From an uncultured archaeon (GTDB lineage: Archaea > Thermoproteota > Nitrososphaeria_A > Caldarchaeales > Wolframiiraptoraceae), in NCBI GenBank assembly GCA_938083505.1, contig CALKCF010000007.1, forward strand, positions 64,001-128,000: a DNA stretch of 64,000 nt, read 5' to 3'. Below are positions 10,152 to 19,883 of this stretch, one piece after another (the first letter of the stretch is position 1; each line of letters opens with the position of its first letter). The translations under genes and the position numbers were made by a program. The notes under the pieces were generated by a model. The model made no database searches. It saw nothing but the letters and a program-made list of their open reading frames with translations, and was not told the DNA's origin.

Positions 10152-10964
10152 TTGCCACGGAAGGCATGCATTATGAAGCACTCGAAAAATAATTGGAAGT
10201 TTCACATAATACGTTTAATACTTCTGATAGCATTCTTACTCCTTTGGGAAGCTTTAACCGGCGGACTGCACCCATCTTTTTCACTATTTGACCCGTTTTA
10301 TTCAAGCAGCCCGAGTCGTATTGGGTATGAGCTTTACATACTCTTCTTCCGAGAGAGCCTACTCAAGGATATGTTCATAACGCTTGGAGAGGCTTTTGCA
10401 GGCCTTGCCCTAGGTATGGTAAGCGGTGTTGTTTTAGGTCTGGTATTCGCTTACTCAAAGCTAATCTCTTTGCTGTTTGAACCGTTAATGTCGGCGCTGA
10501 ACTCCATTCCAAGGCCAGCCCTTGCACCGCTCGTCATCTTCTGGTTTGGCATCGGAATCTTCTCTAAGATATTCTTGGCATGGTCACTCACGTTCTTCGT
10601 GATATTCTACAACACCTACCTCGGCATAAAATCCATAGACCCGGATATACTGAACGTTATGAGGGTCATGAACGCTAGTAAGCTTCAGACTATACGGATG
10701 GTTATCTTACCATCTGTGATGTCGTGGATATTTGCAGGTCTAAGGCTAAGCGTATCTTACGCTCTCATAGGTGCGATAATAGGAGAATTCGTCGGCGCAA
10801 CTGCAGGCATTGGGTATCAACTCATATACGCCGAGGGGCTTTTGATGAGCGATAGACTCTATGCATTGGTTTTGGTAATTGCCGTCATAGGTGCTTCACT
10901 CGCGGAAATCGCCAAGAGAATAGAAAGCAAACTCTTAAGATGGAAAACAGAAATTATTCTTTAA
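10152..10964 (+). CDS. ABC transporter permease, SsuC/TauC type
   Basis: Hydrophobic helices; SIPRPALAPL..WFGIG and GAIIGEF..GIG. Confidence 0.9.
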   Translation: MPRKACIMKHSKNNWKFHIIRLILLIAFLLLWEALTGGLHPSFSLFDPFYSSSPSRIGYELYILFFRESLLKDMFITLGEAFAGLALGMVSGVVLGLVFAYSKLISLLFEPLMSALNSIPRPALAPLVIFWFGIGIFSKIFLAWSLTFFVIFYNTYLGIKSIDPDILNVMRVMNASKLQTIRMVILPSVMSWIFAGLRLSVSYALIGAIIGEFVGATAGIGYQLIYAEGLLMSDRLYALVLVIAVIGASLAEIAKRIESKLLRWKTEIIL

Positions 10965-11818
10965 ACTATTGGTTTAACTTCTAAGCTAATGTCTATTGAC
11001 CTAGCGGAGTGCGTAATCTCACCTATTGAGATTATGTCAACACCAGTTGTCGCGTAATCAACAACGTTCTCTTCAGTAATTCCACCCGAGGCTTCGAGTA
11101 ACACCCTTTCCCTTAACCCAGTTGCCTCCAGCATTCTGACTACTTCTTTAATCTCTGGCGGCTCCATATTGTCAAGCATGATTATGTCGGCCCCTGCCCT
11201 TGCAGCCTCGAGTGCATCCCTTACGCTAGAGACCTCAACCTCAACTTTTACGGCAAAACTTGCGAGCTTTTTTGCCATCTCGACCGCTAGCCTAACGTCA
11301 CCAATGACAGCTATGTGGTTATCCTTTATTAACACCATACTTGATAAATCATACCTATGAGTATCACCACCACCTACCTTTACAGCCTTCTTCTCGAAAA
11401 ACCGTAAGCCTGGCAACGTCTTTCTCGTAGCTGCAACCCTTACCCTTGGGTTTACTTGACGCACCTTCTCGACAACCCTTCGTGTATGCGTCGCCACACC
11501 GCACATATGTGCAATTAGGTTCAAGAGTACCCTTTCAATCGACAGCACTTTCCTTATACTACCCATGAGCTCTAGTAGGGCCTCGCCCTTTTCAAAAGAC
11601 TCCCCATCCTTTTTGATGAACTTAACATCGAGGCCCACCAGCTCGGCCAACCCCTTTGCTTCGTCACAACCGCACATCATACCCGACTCTTTTGTCACCA
11701 CGGTCCCTTTACCTATCACATCCTCTGGAATTAACAAATCGCTTGTTATATCGCCCCAACCTAAATCCTCCTCGAGGAATCTAAGCAACTGTCCCCTTAA
11801 ACTCATCATTGAGCTCAC
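10961..11818 (-). CDS. nadC: Quinolinate phosphoribosyltransferase
   Basis: EDLGWGDITS, TRKTLPG, HRYDLS..LIKDNH, EVEV, IMLDNM and EASGGI. Confidence 0.97.
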   Translation of the reverse strand: MSSMMSLRGQLLRFLEEDLGWGDITSDLLIPEDVIGKGTVVTKESGMMCGCDEAKGLAELVGLDVKFIKKDGESFEKGEALLELMGSIRKVLSIERVLLNLIAHMCGVATHTRRVVEKVRQVNPRVRVAATRKTLPGLRFFEKKAVKVGGGDTHRYDLSSMVLIKDNHIAVIGDVRLAVEMAKKLASFAVKVEVEVSSVRDALEAARAGADIIMLDNMEPPEIKEVVRMLEATGLRERVLLEASGGITEENVVDYATTGVDIISIGEITHSARSIDISLEVKPIV

Positions 11819-11875
11819 CTATCCCGTATGCCGTTAAACGAGAAAATAATTAAAAATTAAGCCTTTGTAGGTCCA

Positions 11876-13444
11876 TCAACCCTTGTTGCTTACTCCCCTG
11901 ACGTAAAAATCTTGACTCAGCTTTCTACCCGTGCGCCTCTCCCACTCAGGGATGGATATGCCGTAATTCGCTTGTATGCTATCTCTGTATATCTCTGGCA
12001 ATACGTTGAATGCGCAGAACGGAATGATGCGCCCGTCTGGCACGAGGTAATGAATGCTACACCTCTTAACCCTCTCTATGTCATAGTTATACTTGTCTTG
12101 GAAGTGCATCATACCAATGAAGAGGCTTTTCTTATGCCACTCACCAACACTTTCGTAATCGTGCTTTACAAGTATCTCGAAGAGAACTCTAGAGATGTTC
12201 AGCCCAGCAGGCTTTTTGCTCTCATTTATGAAGCTTTTTATCTTCATGAGCATGCTGAGTCCTACTATATACTTGCTCTTCCCTTGCCTTATCTCCTCTG
12301 CCTTCTCAGAGATATAGTTGAGCAAACCTTCAACATCAACGAAGTCCGTTATTGGTATAAGCTTATCTCCGTCTTTAAAAACGTACGTTCCAGCACCACA
12401 AACAAAGTGTGGCGTCAACTCATATTTTGGCTTGAGTGTTAAGGCTTCTATGAAGTGCGTTACCGGTGTGCATGTAGGAACCGTGAACCAAGCATCGGCT
12501 GGTATCTGCCCATACGTTTGCTCCTCTATGAGACGGATACAATCGGGTATTGTTATCCTGTACTTTTCCCTGTGTTTTTTTGGCATCAAACCAGTCAAAG
12601 AAACCGGCTGAAAGTTCACCGACCTGACTATATCGGCATTATTAAAACCGAACCTGATGATATCTCCTAGCTCATGGTCGTTAATAGACTTTATTATTGT
12701 AGGTACAAGAACGACGCCGATGTTGAGCTTCCTTGCGTTATCTAAGATTGCTGGTATCTCCCAATGATTCTTCAGATTTGTCTCATGCGTTACACCGTCA
12801 AAGCTTAAGTAAAGTGTACTCAAACCAGCCTCCTTAACCCTTTTGAAGAACTCGAAGTCCTTGGCGAGTCTTATACCGTTCGTGTTAAGCTGAACATGGT
12901 CGATGCCGTGCTTTTTTATTATACGGACTATCTCCGGGAGATCATCCCTCAAACACGGCTCCCCACCGGTCAATTGGACAGAGTTGCCTGCTACCGGCCT
13001 CTCCGCCCTAAGGACCCTTATCATTTCTTCTATCTGTTCCAATGTAGGTTCATAAACATATCCTACCTTCTCGCTATAAAAGAAGCAGTACCAGCACCTA
13101 ATGTCGCATCTGTTTGTCACAACAATGTTTGCGAGAGCTGTATGACTCAAATGCAGGTTACACAAACCACAATCCATTGGACAGATTGGCTCCTTGACTT
13201 GAACGTTTGGGTTCTCTATTCCCTTACCATTGTGTGCCCATTTACTAAACCTTCTGTACATATTCACATCGCCGAAATAGAGCTCCTCAACGTGACCATG
13301 TTCCGGACAGGATTTTCTCATTACGACCTTTCCATCAATTTCGACAAGATCTGCTGGTATTATCGCATTACATGTAGGGCAAATACTCTGAGTAGTGGTA
13401 ATGACGTTGACGTCCCTATTTAAAGATTTAACTGTTTGAGTCAA
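11876..13444 (-). CDS. tes: Tetraether lipid synthase (Tes/GDGT-MAS, MJ0619 family radical SAM)
   Basis: N-terminal SICPTC..KSCPEHG, CPMDCGLC..H, TNRCDIRCWYC, and C-terminal RC.IHY..PDGRIIPFCAFN. Confidence 0.88.
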   Translation of the reverse strand: MTQTVKSLNRDVNVITTTQSICPTCNAIIPADLVEIDGKVVMRKSCPEHGHVEELYFGDVNMYRRFSKWAHNGKGIENPNVQVKEPICPMDCGLCNLHLSHTALANIVVTNRCDIRCWYCFFYSEKVGYVYEPTLEQIEEMIRVLRAERPVAGNSVQLTGGEPCLRDDLPEIVRIIKKHGIDHVQLNTNGIRLAKDFEFFKRVKEAGLSTLYLSFDGVTHETNLKNHWEIPAILDNARKLNIGVVLVPTIIKSINDHELGDIIRFGFNNADIVRSVNFQPVSLTGLMPKKHREKYRITIPDCIRLIEEQTYGQIPADAWFTVPTCTPVTHFIEALTLKPKYELTPHFVCGAGTYVFKDGDKLIPITDFVDVEGLLNYISEKAEEIRQGKSKYIVGLSMLMKIKSFINESKKPAGLNISRVLFEILVKHDYESVGEWHKKSLFIGMMHFQDKYNYDIERVKRCSIHYLVPDGRIIPFCAFNVLPEIYRDSIQANYGISIPEWERRTGRKLSQDFYVRGVSNKG

Positions 13445-13687
13445 GAAATAGCACCGAACTTATTGCATAAAAACCTCTTGCAATTTTTAAACGTTTCTAA
13501 CCAAATACATGGATGAGTGGTGTTACTGTTTTCCACACGTATTATTGTTTTAAAGTAACATTATAACAACATTTACGTTAACTACCCGTCAAAATTCTGC
13601 GAGTTAGTGGTTAAAGGCTTCTTATACATCGCAACCTTATCTTTAAATTTTAGAACAAACGTCATAAGTTTGAGGGAACACACAGCT

Positions 13688-14371
13688 TTGTCAGAGAAAA
13701 TAGAGGTAATAGTGCCTGAGGAGGGCGAGGTTTTCGACATAGAACTCGAGGAAGACTTACTTGAGGCGAATAGAAGAATAGCTGAAGAAAATAAGCAACT
13801 TTTAGAAAAGCACGGCGTAAGGGCAATCGATGTAATGGGCTCGGTCGGTTCGGGGAAGACGACGCTTATTGAGAAGTTAATAGCTCTACTAAAGGACAAG
13901 CATAGAATTGCTGTATTCGGTGGCGATGTTACAACGACAATAGACGCCGAAAGATTAAGGAAGTCTGGTGCTAAGACGCTACAGATAAACACCGGCAAAG
14001 AATGTCACCTTGATGCCAACCTTGTGAGAAAGGCACTGAACAAAATGGACCTGAATAACATTGACGTGCTTTTTATAGAAAATGTCGGAAATCTGATATG
14101 TCCAGCTGAATTCCCACTCGGAACAGACAGCAGGGTGGTCGTCATAAGCGTGACTGAGGGCCCTTACACACCATTGAAGCATCCTTACATATTCATGGAG
14201 GCGGATGTTGCTGTTATCAATAAGATAGATTTAGCAGAAGCTATGGGTGTGGACGTTGATGAGCTGGAGGCTAAGATAAGAAAAGTTTCTCCAGACATCG
14301 TGGTCGTTAAGACGAGTTGCAAAACCGGTGAAGGTATAGAAAAAGTGGCCAAAGCGCTAGGTCTGTTGTAG
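13688..14371 (+). CDS. hypB: Hydrogenase nickel incorporation GTPase HypB
   Basis: GSVGSGKTT, ECHLDA, ENVGNLICPA and NKID. A TTG start after GAGGGA is inferred. Confidence 0.95.
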   Translation: MSEKIEVIVPEEGEVFDIELEEDLLEANRRIAEENKQLLEKHGVRAIDVMGSVGSGKTTLIEKLIALLKDKHRIAVFGGDVTTTIDAERLRKSGAKTLQINTGKECHLDANLVRKALNKMDLNNIDVLFIENVGNLICPAEFPLGTDSRVVVISVTEGPYTPLKHPYIFMEADVAVINKIDLAEAMGVDVDELEAKIRKVSPDIVVVKTSCKTGEGIEKVAKALGLL

Positions 14372-14373
14372 AA

Positions 14374-14745
14374 ATGCACGAGTTCTCCATAATGTCGCAG
14401 CTTGTGGAGAGAGTGGTTGAGGAAGCCAGAAAAAGAAATGCAAAGAGGGTTATAGAGGTTGAGCTATACGTTGGCCAACTATCCTTCCTTAATTCAGAAC
14501 AGATGCGCTTTGCATACAGTGTGCTTTCCAAGGGTACGATCCTAGAAAATTCTCATTTAATCATTAACATAATAGATGCTCGCGTTAAGTGTGAAGTCTG
14601 TGGGTTTGATGGTAAGCCAGACTACATCGATGATGCCTCTTATCACGTTTCAGCACCCCTCTTCTTATGTCCTGTATGCGGTAGCCCTGTAGAGGTTCTA
14701 GAGGGGAGGGGTTGCATTATAAGAAGGGTGAAACTCGAGATTTAG
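14374..14745 (+). CDS. hypA: Hydrogenase nickel metallochaperone HypA
   Basis: MHE N-terminus and two CxxC motifs. Confidence 0.95.
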   Translation: MHEFSIMSQLVERVVEEARKRNAKRVIEVELYVGQLSFLNSEQMRFAYSVLSKGTILENSHLIINIIDARVKCEVCGFDGKPDYIDDASYHVSAPLFLCPVCGSPVEVLEGRGCIIRRVKLEI

Positions 14746-14792
14746 GTATTATGAGTAGAGTTTATTAGTTAGAGCAGCGCAATTTTATAAAA

Positions 14793-15008
14793 ATGTGTTT
14801 GGCAGTACCTGCAAAGGTTGTAGAAAAAGTCGGCAATGTAGCTAAGGTAGATTTTGGCGATAATACACTTAGAGAGGTAGACGTGTCGCTCGTAGACGTT
14901 TCCGTAGGACAATACGTGCTTGTTCACGCAGGCTATGCCATACAGGTGCTTGACGAAGATGAGGCGCTCAAGACGATAGAGCTATTGTCAGAGATACTTA
15001 GCGAATAG
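14793..15008 (+). CDS. hypC: Hydrogenase chaperone HypC
   Basis: MCLAVPAKV and VLVHAGYA. Confidence 0.96.
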   Translation: MCLAVPAKVVEKVGNVAKVDFGDNTLREVDVSLVDVSVGQYVLVHAGYAIQVLDEDEALKTIELLSEILSE

Positions 15009-15032
15009 TGGTTACGTCATTGGTGACGTTAT

Positions 15033-16118
15033 TTGAGTTTTTTGAAGGAACTCAGGAATAGGGAGTTAGCATATGCGCTTGTGCGCAAAATTAAGGAGGT
15101 CTTCCCAAAGAAACCGATTAAGATATGTCATGTATGCGGCACGCACGAATGGACAATAGTCCATTATGGTTTACGTTCACTTCTTCCAGATAATATAGAG
15201 CTTATTGCCGGGCCTGGTTGTCCTGTATGCATAACCCCTGCGTTGGACATAGACCAAGCCGCCGAGCTAGCACTCGAGGGCAAGACTGTTACAGTATTCG
15301 GGGACGTGTCAAGATCAGTTGGCGTCAAATACTCCTTAGAGGCTGTGAGGTCAGAAGGTGGTAACGTGAAGATCGTTTATAGCATACTCGACGCTCTAAA
15401 GATAGCTAAATCGGACAAAAGCAAGGAGGTCGTATTCTTCGCAGTAGGGTTCGAGACTACTGCTCCACTCACCGCATTGCACATACTTCGGACACCACCA
15501 AAAAACTTCTCGATACTCAGCTCGCATAGATACGTGCCACCCGCAGTCATCACCCTTTACTCCCGTGGTAAGCTGGAAATGGATGGTGTAATAGCGCCAG
15601 GTCATGCCACGACGATAAGCGGCTTGAAGACTTACGAGCCCTTAGCTAAAGAGCACGGCATTCCCGTCGTTGCCTCCGGTTTCGAGCCTGTGGACGTTCT
15701 AATGTCCATAATCATGTTAGTTAAGCAGATATCAGAAGGCAAGGCAGAAGTACTGAACCAGTATTCAAGGTCTGTTACATGGGAAGGCAATGTTAAGGCG
15801 ATGCAGACGATTAACCGCGTCTTTGAACTAACTGACGCTCATTGGAGGGGCATAGGTACGATAGAGCACACGGGCTTCGTCTTGAGGAAGGAGTTTAAGG
15901 ATTACGATGCAAGATACAAGTACGGCCTGAAGAACGTGAACTATGCCAGCGAGATGCATCCAGGATGCAGGTGCGCTGAGATTATGCTTGGAAAGATTAA
16001 ACCTACGCAGTGCCCACTTTACATGAAAGTATGTAAGCCAAGTAAGCCCGTCGGGCCGTGTATGGTCTCAATCGAAGGCACGTGTAGAATTTGGGCAACT
16101 CATATTGCATTCTCATAA
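15033..16118 (+). CDS. hypD: Hydrogenase maturation protein HypD
   Basis: CGTH, GPGCPVC, GFETT, PGH and GPCMVSIEGTC. Confidence 0.96.
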   Translation: MSFLKELRNRELAYALVRKIKEVFPKKPIKICHVCGTHEWTIVHYGLRSLLPDNIELIAGPGCPVCITPALDIDQAAELALEGKTVTVFGDVSRSVGVKYSLEAVRSEGGNVKIVYSILDALKIAKSDKSKEVVFFAVGFETTAPLTALHILRTPPKNFSILSSHRYVPPAVITLYSRGKLEMDGVIAPGHATTISGLKTYEPLAKEHGIPVVASGFEPVDVLMSIIMLVKQISEGKAEVLNQYSRSVTWEGNVKAMQTINRVFELTDAHWRGIGTIEHTGFVLRKEFKDYDARYKYGLKNVNYASEMHPGCRCAEIMLGKIKPTQCPLYMKVCKPSKPVGPCMVSIEGTCRIWATHIAFS

Positions 16119-16124
16119 CGCATT

Positions 16125-16138
16125 GAAAAGTTATATAC
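16125..16138 (+). promoter_or_regulatory. BRE/TATA-like promoter upstream of the lipS1-like gene
   Basis: GAAAAG-TTATATA about 25 bp upstream of ATG 16161, consistent with a near-leaderless archaeal transcript. Confidence 0.45.
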
Positions 16139-16160
16139 AAAAGTTATTAGACTATAATTT

Positions 16161-17276
16161 ATGAATACACGACAAGAATCGCCAGATTACGTAAGAATAA
16201 GCCTTGCCGCAGCCATGACCTTAGGGTTGGTGAATGGTACGTTCTTCAGGGGTGCAACCCTTTATTGCGTTAACCTCCTCTTAACGTACAGTGATGGGTG
16301 TATAGGAAGGTGCGCATACTGTGGGCTTTCTAGAAGCAGGGCTTTAGAGAAAGACTGGACTGACTACAGCTTCATACGCGTTAATTGGCCGATGGTTAGC
16401 TTAGATGAGGTCATTGAAAGGATGGATTCATGTCCGCATGTTGAAAGGGTTTGCATCTCGATGGTGACGAATCGCAGGGCACCTAAGGACTGTCTAACTG
16501 TCGTCAAGAGATTGCGTGAAAAAACGGACTCGATATCCTGCCTGATAACGCCGACAATAATAGACCGTAACTGGCTTGAAGAAATGAAGAGGGCAGGAGC
16601 CGATAAGATAGGTATAGCGATAGATGCTGCGACACCAGAGCTTTTCGATAAGCTCAGGGGTAGATGGGTTGGAGGGCCTCACCGCTGGGAGAAATACTGG
16701 AATACAGTCAAAGAGGCTGTAGAAGTATTCGGTAGGTATAATGTCGGTATTCACTTGATAGTTGGCCTTGGTGAGACAGAAGAGGAGATGGTCAAGTGCA
16801 TACAAGCAGCTTACGATATTGGCGCATTAACACATCTCTTTTCATTCTTCCCGGAGGATGGGTCAGTTATGGAAAGGCACCCCCAACCTCCAATCGGACA
16901 ATATAGGCGCATACAACTTGCCCGTTACTTGATCAATAAGGGTCTAGCGGTCGTTGACGGCATGCGTTTTGACAGCTCTGGAAGATTGATAGATTTCGGC
17001 TTAGAAAAAGATGTGCTCGATGAGGTGATAGAGAGCGGACTTCCGTTTATGACGTCAGGATGTGCTAGCAAGAAAAGGGATAATGCGTGCAATAGACCCT
17101 TCTCGGACTATACACCATACCACGCCCTAATCGGTGAGATGCGCAATTATCCCTTCGTACCAACAAAGGATGACATTAAACTGATAAGAAGACAGCTACA
17201 GGATTATTCAAACATTCCAGTCAAAGTATGGGTGGAAGGGCTAGAAAGTCTATTAGGTTGTATTGAACATATTTAG
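16161..17276 (+). CDS. lipS1: Radical SAM lipoyl synthase subunit, LipS1-like
   Basis: SPDYVRISLAAAMTLG, LLLTYSDGCIGRCAYCGL and C-terminal FMTSGC..CNRP; context with a second radical SAM and a lipoate ligase. The S1 versus S2 label is from recollection. Confidence 0.78.
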   Translation: MNTRQESPDYVRISLAAAMTLGLVNGTFFRGATLYCVNLLLTYSDGCIGRCAYCGLSRSRALEKDWTDYSFIRVNWPMVSLDEVIERMDSCPHVERVCISMVTNRRAPKDCLTVVKRLREKTDSISCLITPTIIDRNWLEEMKRAGADKIGIAIDAATPELFDKLRGRWVGGPHRWEKYWNTVKEAVEVFGRYNVGIHLIVGLGETEEEMVKCIQAAYDIGALTHLFSFFPEDGSVMERHPQPPIGQYRRIQLARYLINKGLAVVDGMRFDSSGRLIDFGLEKDVLDEVIESGLPFMTSGCASKKRDNACNRPFSDYTPYHALIGEMRNYPFVPTKDDIKLIRRQLQDYSNIPVKVWVEGLESLLGCIEHI

Positions 17277-17305
17277 GTTAGGCGAATAACATCACTGGTG
17301 GTTGA

Positions 17306-18298
17306 ATGGATCAGTGCTTTGGCCTAAAATTTGACGAGCTTAAACCATTGATAGAAAAAGCGTGGACGATGACGCGTACAAACTTCCCAGAAGAGGTCCA
17401 TTTCTACTTTCCGGACATGGTGTACATTGAAACATCGTTCTATAGACCCACAAATGTTTTTCGCTTCCCTGGAATATCGATAACTGGCACAGTCTGCAGA
17501 TTACAATGTGATCATTGTAAGGGTGCGCTCTTGAAGAGTATGCTTCATGTAACCACACCCGATGCCTTATTTGATGTATGCTTTAGGGTAAAAGAGGCCG
17601 GTGGTGTTGGTTGCCTTGTGACTGGCGGTAGCCTTGAAGATGGAAGCGTTCCAATAAAGAAATTCATACCTGTGTTAAAGAGGATAAAAGATGAGCTAGG
17701 ACTTCATGTAGTAGTACACACAGGCTTGGTTGACGAGGAACTTGCTGAAGGTCTGGCTTATGCTGAAATTGATGCTGTTATGATAGATATAGTAGGCTCT
17801 GATGAAACTATAAATGGTGTGCTGAAGTTAAATAAAACAGTTGCAGACTACGAAAGGTCTTTGAAAAATCTGAAGAAATATGATGTACCTATGGTGCCGC
17901 ATATAGTTGCTGGCATACATTACGGTCAGATTCTGGGCGAGAAGAAAGCCGTAGAGATCGTTTCTAAATATAGACCAGAGGCTCTTGTGATAGTTGCTTT
18001 GATGCCTCTTGCCAACACACCTATGGAAAACGTCTCCCCTCTTAGCCCGATAGATGTCATACGTGTAATTCTTTTTGCTAGGTTTTTAATGCCAAATATT
18101 CCTATAACATTAGGCTGCGCCAGGCCAAGAGGTGCGTTAAGGTCTGCGACAGATGTTTTGGCATTAAAGGCTGGAGTTAACGCCATCGCCTATCCTAGCG
18201 AAGAAGCTTACAAGTTTGCAAGAAGACTAGGTCTGAACGTCGTCGTCCATGAGAGTTGTTGCTCATTGATCTATCGGAATATTGCTTTGAAGGTGTAG
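17306..18298 (+). CDS. lipS2: Radical SAM lipoyl synthase subunit, LipS2-like
   Basis: ISITGTVCRLQCDHC, GCLVTGG, LGCARPRG and ESCCS; adjacent to the lipoate ligase. Confidence 0.78.
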   Translation: MDQCFGLKFDELKPLIEKAWTMTRTNFPEEVHFYFPDMVYIETSFYRPTNVFRFPGISITGTVCRLQCDHCKGALLKSMLHVTTPDALFDVCFRVKEAGGVGCLVTGGSLEDGSVPIKKFIPVLKRIKDELGLHVVVHTGLVDEELAEGLAYAEIDAVMIDIVGSDETINGVLKLNKTVADYERSLKNLKKYDVPMVPHIVAGIHYGQILGEKKAVEIVSKYRPEALVIVALMPLANTPMENVSPLSPIDVIRVILFARFLMPNIPITLGCARPRGALRSATDVLALKAGVNAIAYPSEEAYKFARRLGLNVVVHESCCSLIYRNIALKV

Positions 18299-18302
18299 TG
18301 CA

Positions 18303-19883
18303 TTGCGTCAGTGGAGGCTTATTGATACGGGTCTTAGACCTGCATCTGAGAATATGACACTTGATGATGTGATATTGGAATGTAAAGCAAGGAACTTGGT
18401 GCCAGATACTGTAAGATTTCTGAGGTTCAGTCCACCAGCGGCCCTCGTTGGGTATCACCAAGACGTCTATCAAGAGGTCCGATTGGAGTATGCTAAAGAG
18501 AACGGAATAGATGTTAACAGGAGGCTAACAGGAGGTGGTGCTATATACTTTGATAGCTCTACTATTGGATGGGAGGTGATAGCATCAAAGCGATCACTAT
18601 GCACGAACTACTCCTTAGAATGGATCTTCAAGACGGTGTGCGAGTGTGTCGTAAATGCCCTAAAAGAGTTTGGTTTAGACGCTTGCTTCCGACCTAGGAA
18701 CGACATAGAGATAAATGGCAGGAAGATATCGGGTACGGGTGGTGTTGAGAGAGGGGATGCTTTTCTCTTCCAAGGTACACTTCTTGTAGACTTTGATGTC
18801 GAGACCATGATAAAGGTTCTAAAGATTCCGATAATAAAACTCAAGGGTAAGGAGCTCGAATCAGTGAAGAGGAGGGTAACCTGCCTTAAGTGGGAGTTAG
18901 GTTATACGCCAGATTATGAGGAGATCAGGAACGCATTAATCAAAGGTTTCAAAGAAGTTCTTAACATAGAACTCAAATTTGGTGACCTTACTGATTATGA
19001 GTTAGAACTTTTTGAAAAAAGTTTACCATGGTTTAGTTCTGAAGAATGGGTGTTCATGGATAGACGTTCACCAAAAGGTTCTACTATAGTGCATGCGGTT
19101 GATAAGAAGCCAGGTGGTGTCATTCGTGTATCATTGAATGTAGATAAGGATACAAACGTTATAAAAAGTGTGCTAATAACAGGTGATTTTTTTATATTCC
19201 CACAAAGAGCAATCATGGATCTGGAGGCTGCTCTTAAGTTCATCCCGGCAGATGCTGATAAGATAAGGGAAATAATTCACAGGGTATTTGAGGAAAAACA
19301 GGTTAGGACGCTCAGCTTAACTGAAGGTGACTTCGTGGAGCTTATACTCGAGGCCTTAGAGAAAACTGAGCTTGAATCTTACGGCATAGATGCTGATGAA
19401 ATTAACAATATATATCCAATAACAAATGATGTCAAGTCAACATTGAAGAACGGTTTTGATTATATGCTGTTACCATACTGCTCTAAAATGGTGTCATGTA
19501 TGTATAGAAAAATTGATGGGTGTATAAAATGTGGTGAGTGTACAGTTGGTGAGGCATACCGTTTAGCAGAAGAATTTGGTCTAAAGCCCATAACAATTCA
19601 TAACTTTGAACACCTAATAGAGGTTTTGAAGGTGATGAAGGTTAAAGGTGCAAGGGGCTTTATTGGGTGCTGTTGTGAAGCATTCTATGTAAAACATCGT
19701 GACGAGATGAGAGAGGTGGGTGTGCCAGGGATAATAATAGATATCGAGGACAAAACTTGCTATGACTTGGGAAAGGCAGAAGAGGCATATAGGGGCAACT
19801 TCGAGGCCCAGACTAGACTGAATCTGCCCCTCATCAAGAAGATCTTGGTAGCATCCTTAAAAATGGGTGGTAAAAATGCATAA
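18303..19883 (+). CDS. Lipoate-protein ligase LplA-LplB fused to a Cys-rich DUF116-like domain
   Basis: RRLTGGGAIY, NDI...RKISGTG, LplB-like GGVIRV..ITGDFF..LEAAL, then LPYCSK..C..CIKCGEC..GCCC..C. Confidence 0.88.
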   Translation: MRQWRLIDTGLRPASENMTLDDVILECKARNLVPDTVRFLRFSPPAALVGYHQDVYQEVRLEYAKENGIDVNRRLTGGGAIYFDSSTIGWEVIASKRSLCTNYSLEWIFKTVCECVVNALKEFGLDACFRPRNDIEINGRKISGTGGVERGDAFLFQGTLLVDFDVETMIKVLKIPIIKLKGKELESVKRRVTCLKWELGYTPDYEEIRNALIKGFKEVLNIELKFGDLTDYELELFEKSLPWFSSEEWVFMDRRSPKGSTIVHAVDKKPGGVIRVSLNVDKDTNVIKSVLITGDFFIFPQRAIMDLEAALKFIPADADKIREIIHRVFEEKQVRTLSLTEGDFVELILEALEKTELESYGIDADEINNIYPITNDVKSTLKNGFDYMLLPYCSKMVSCMYRKIDGCIKCGECTVGEAYRLAEEFGLKPITIHNFEHLIEVLKVMKVKGARGFIGCCCEAFYVKHRDEMREVGVPGIIIDIEDKTCYDLGKAEEAYRGNFEAQTRLNLPLIKKILVASLKMGGKNA

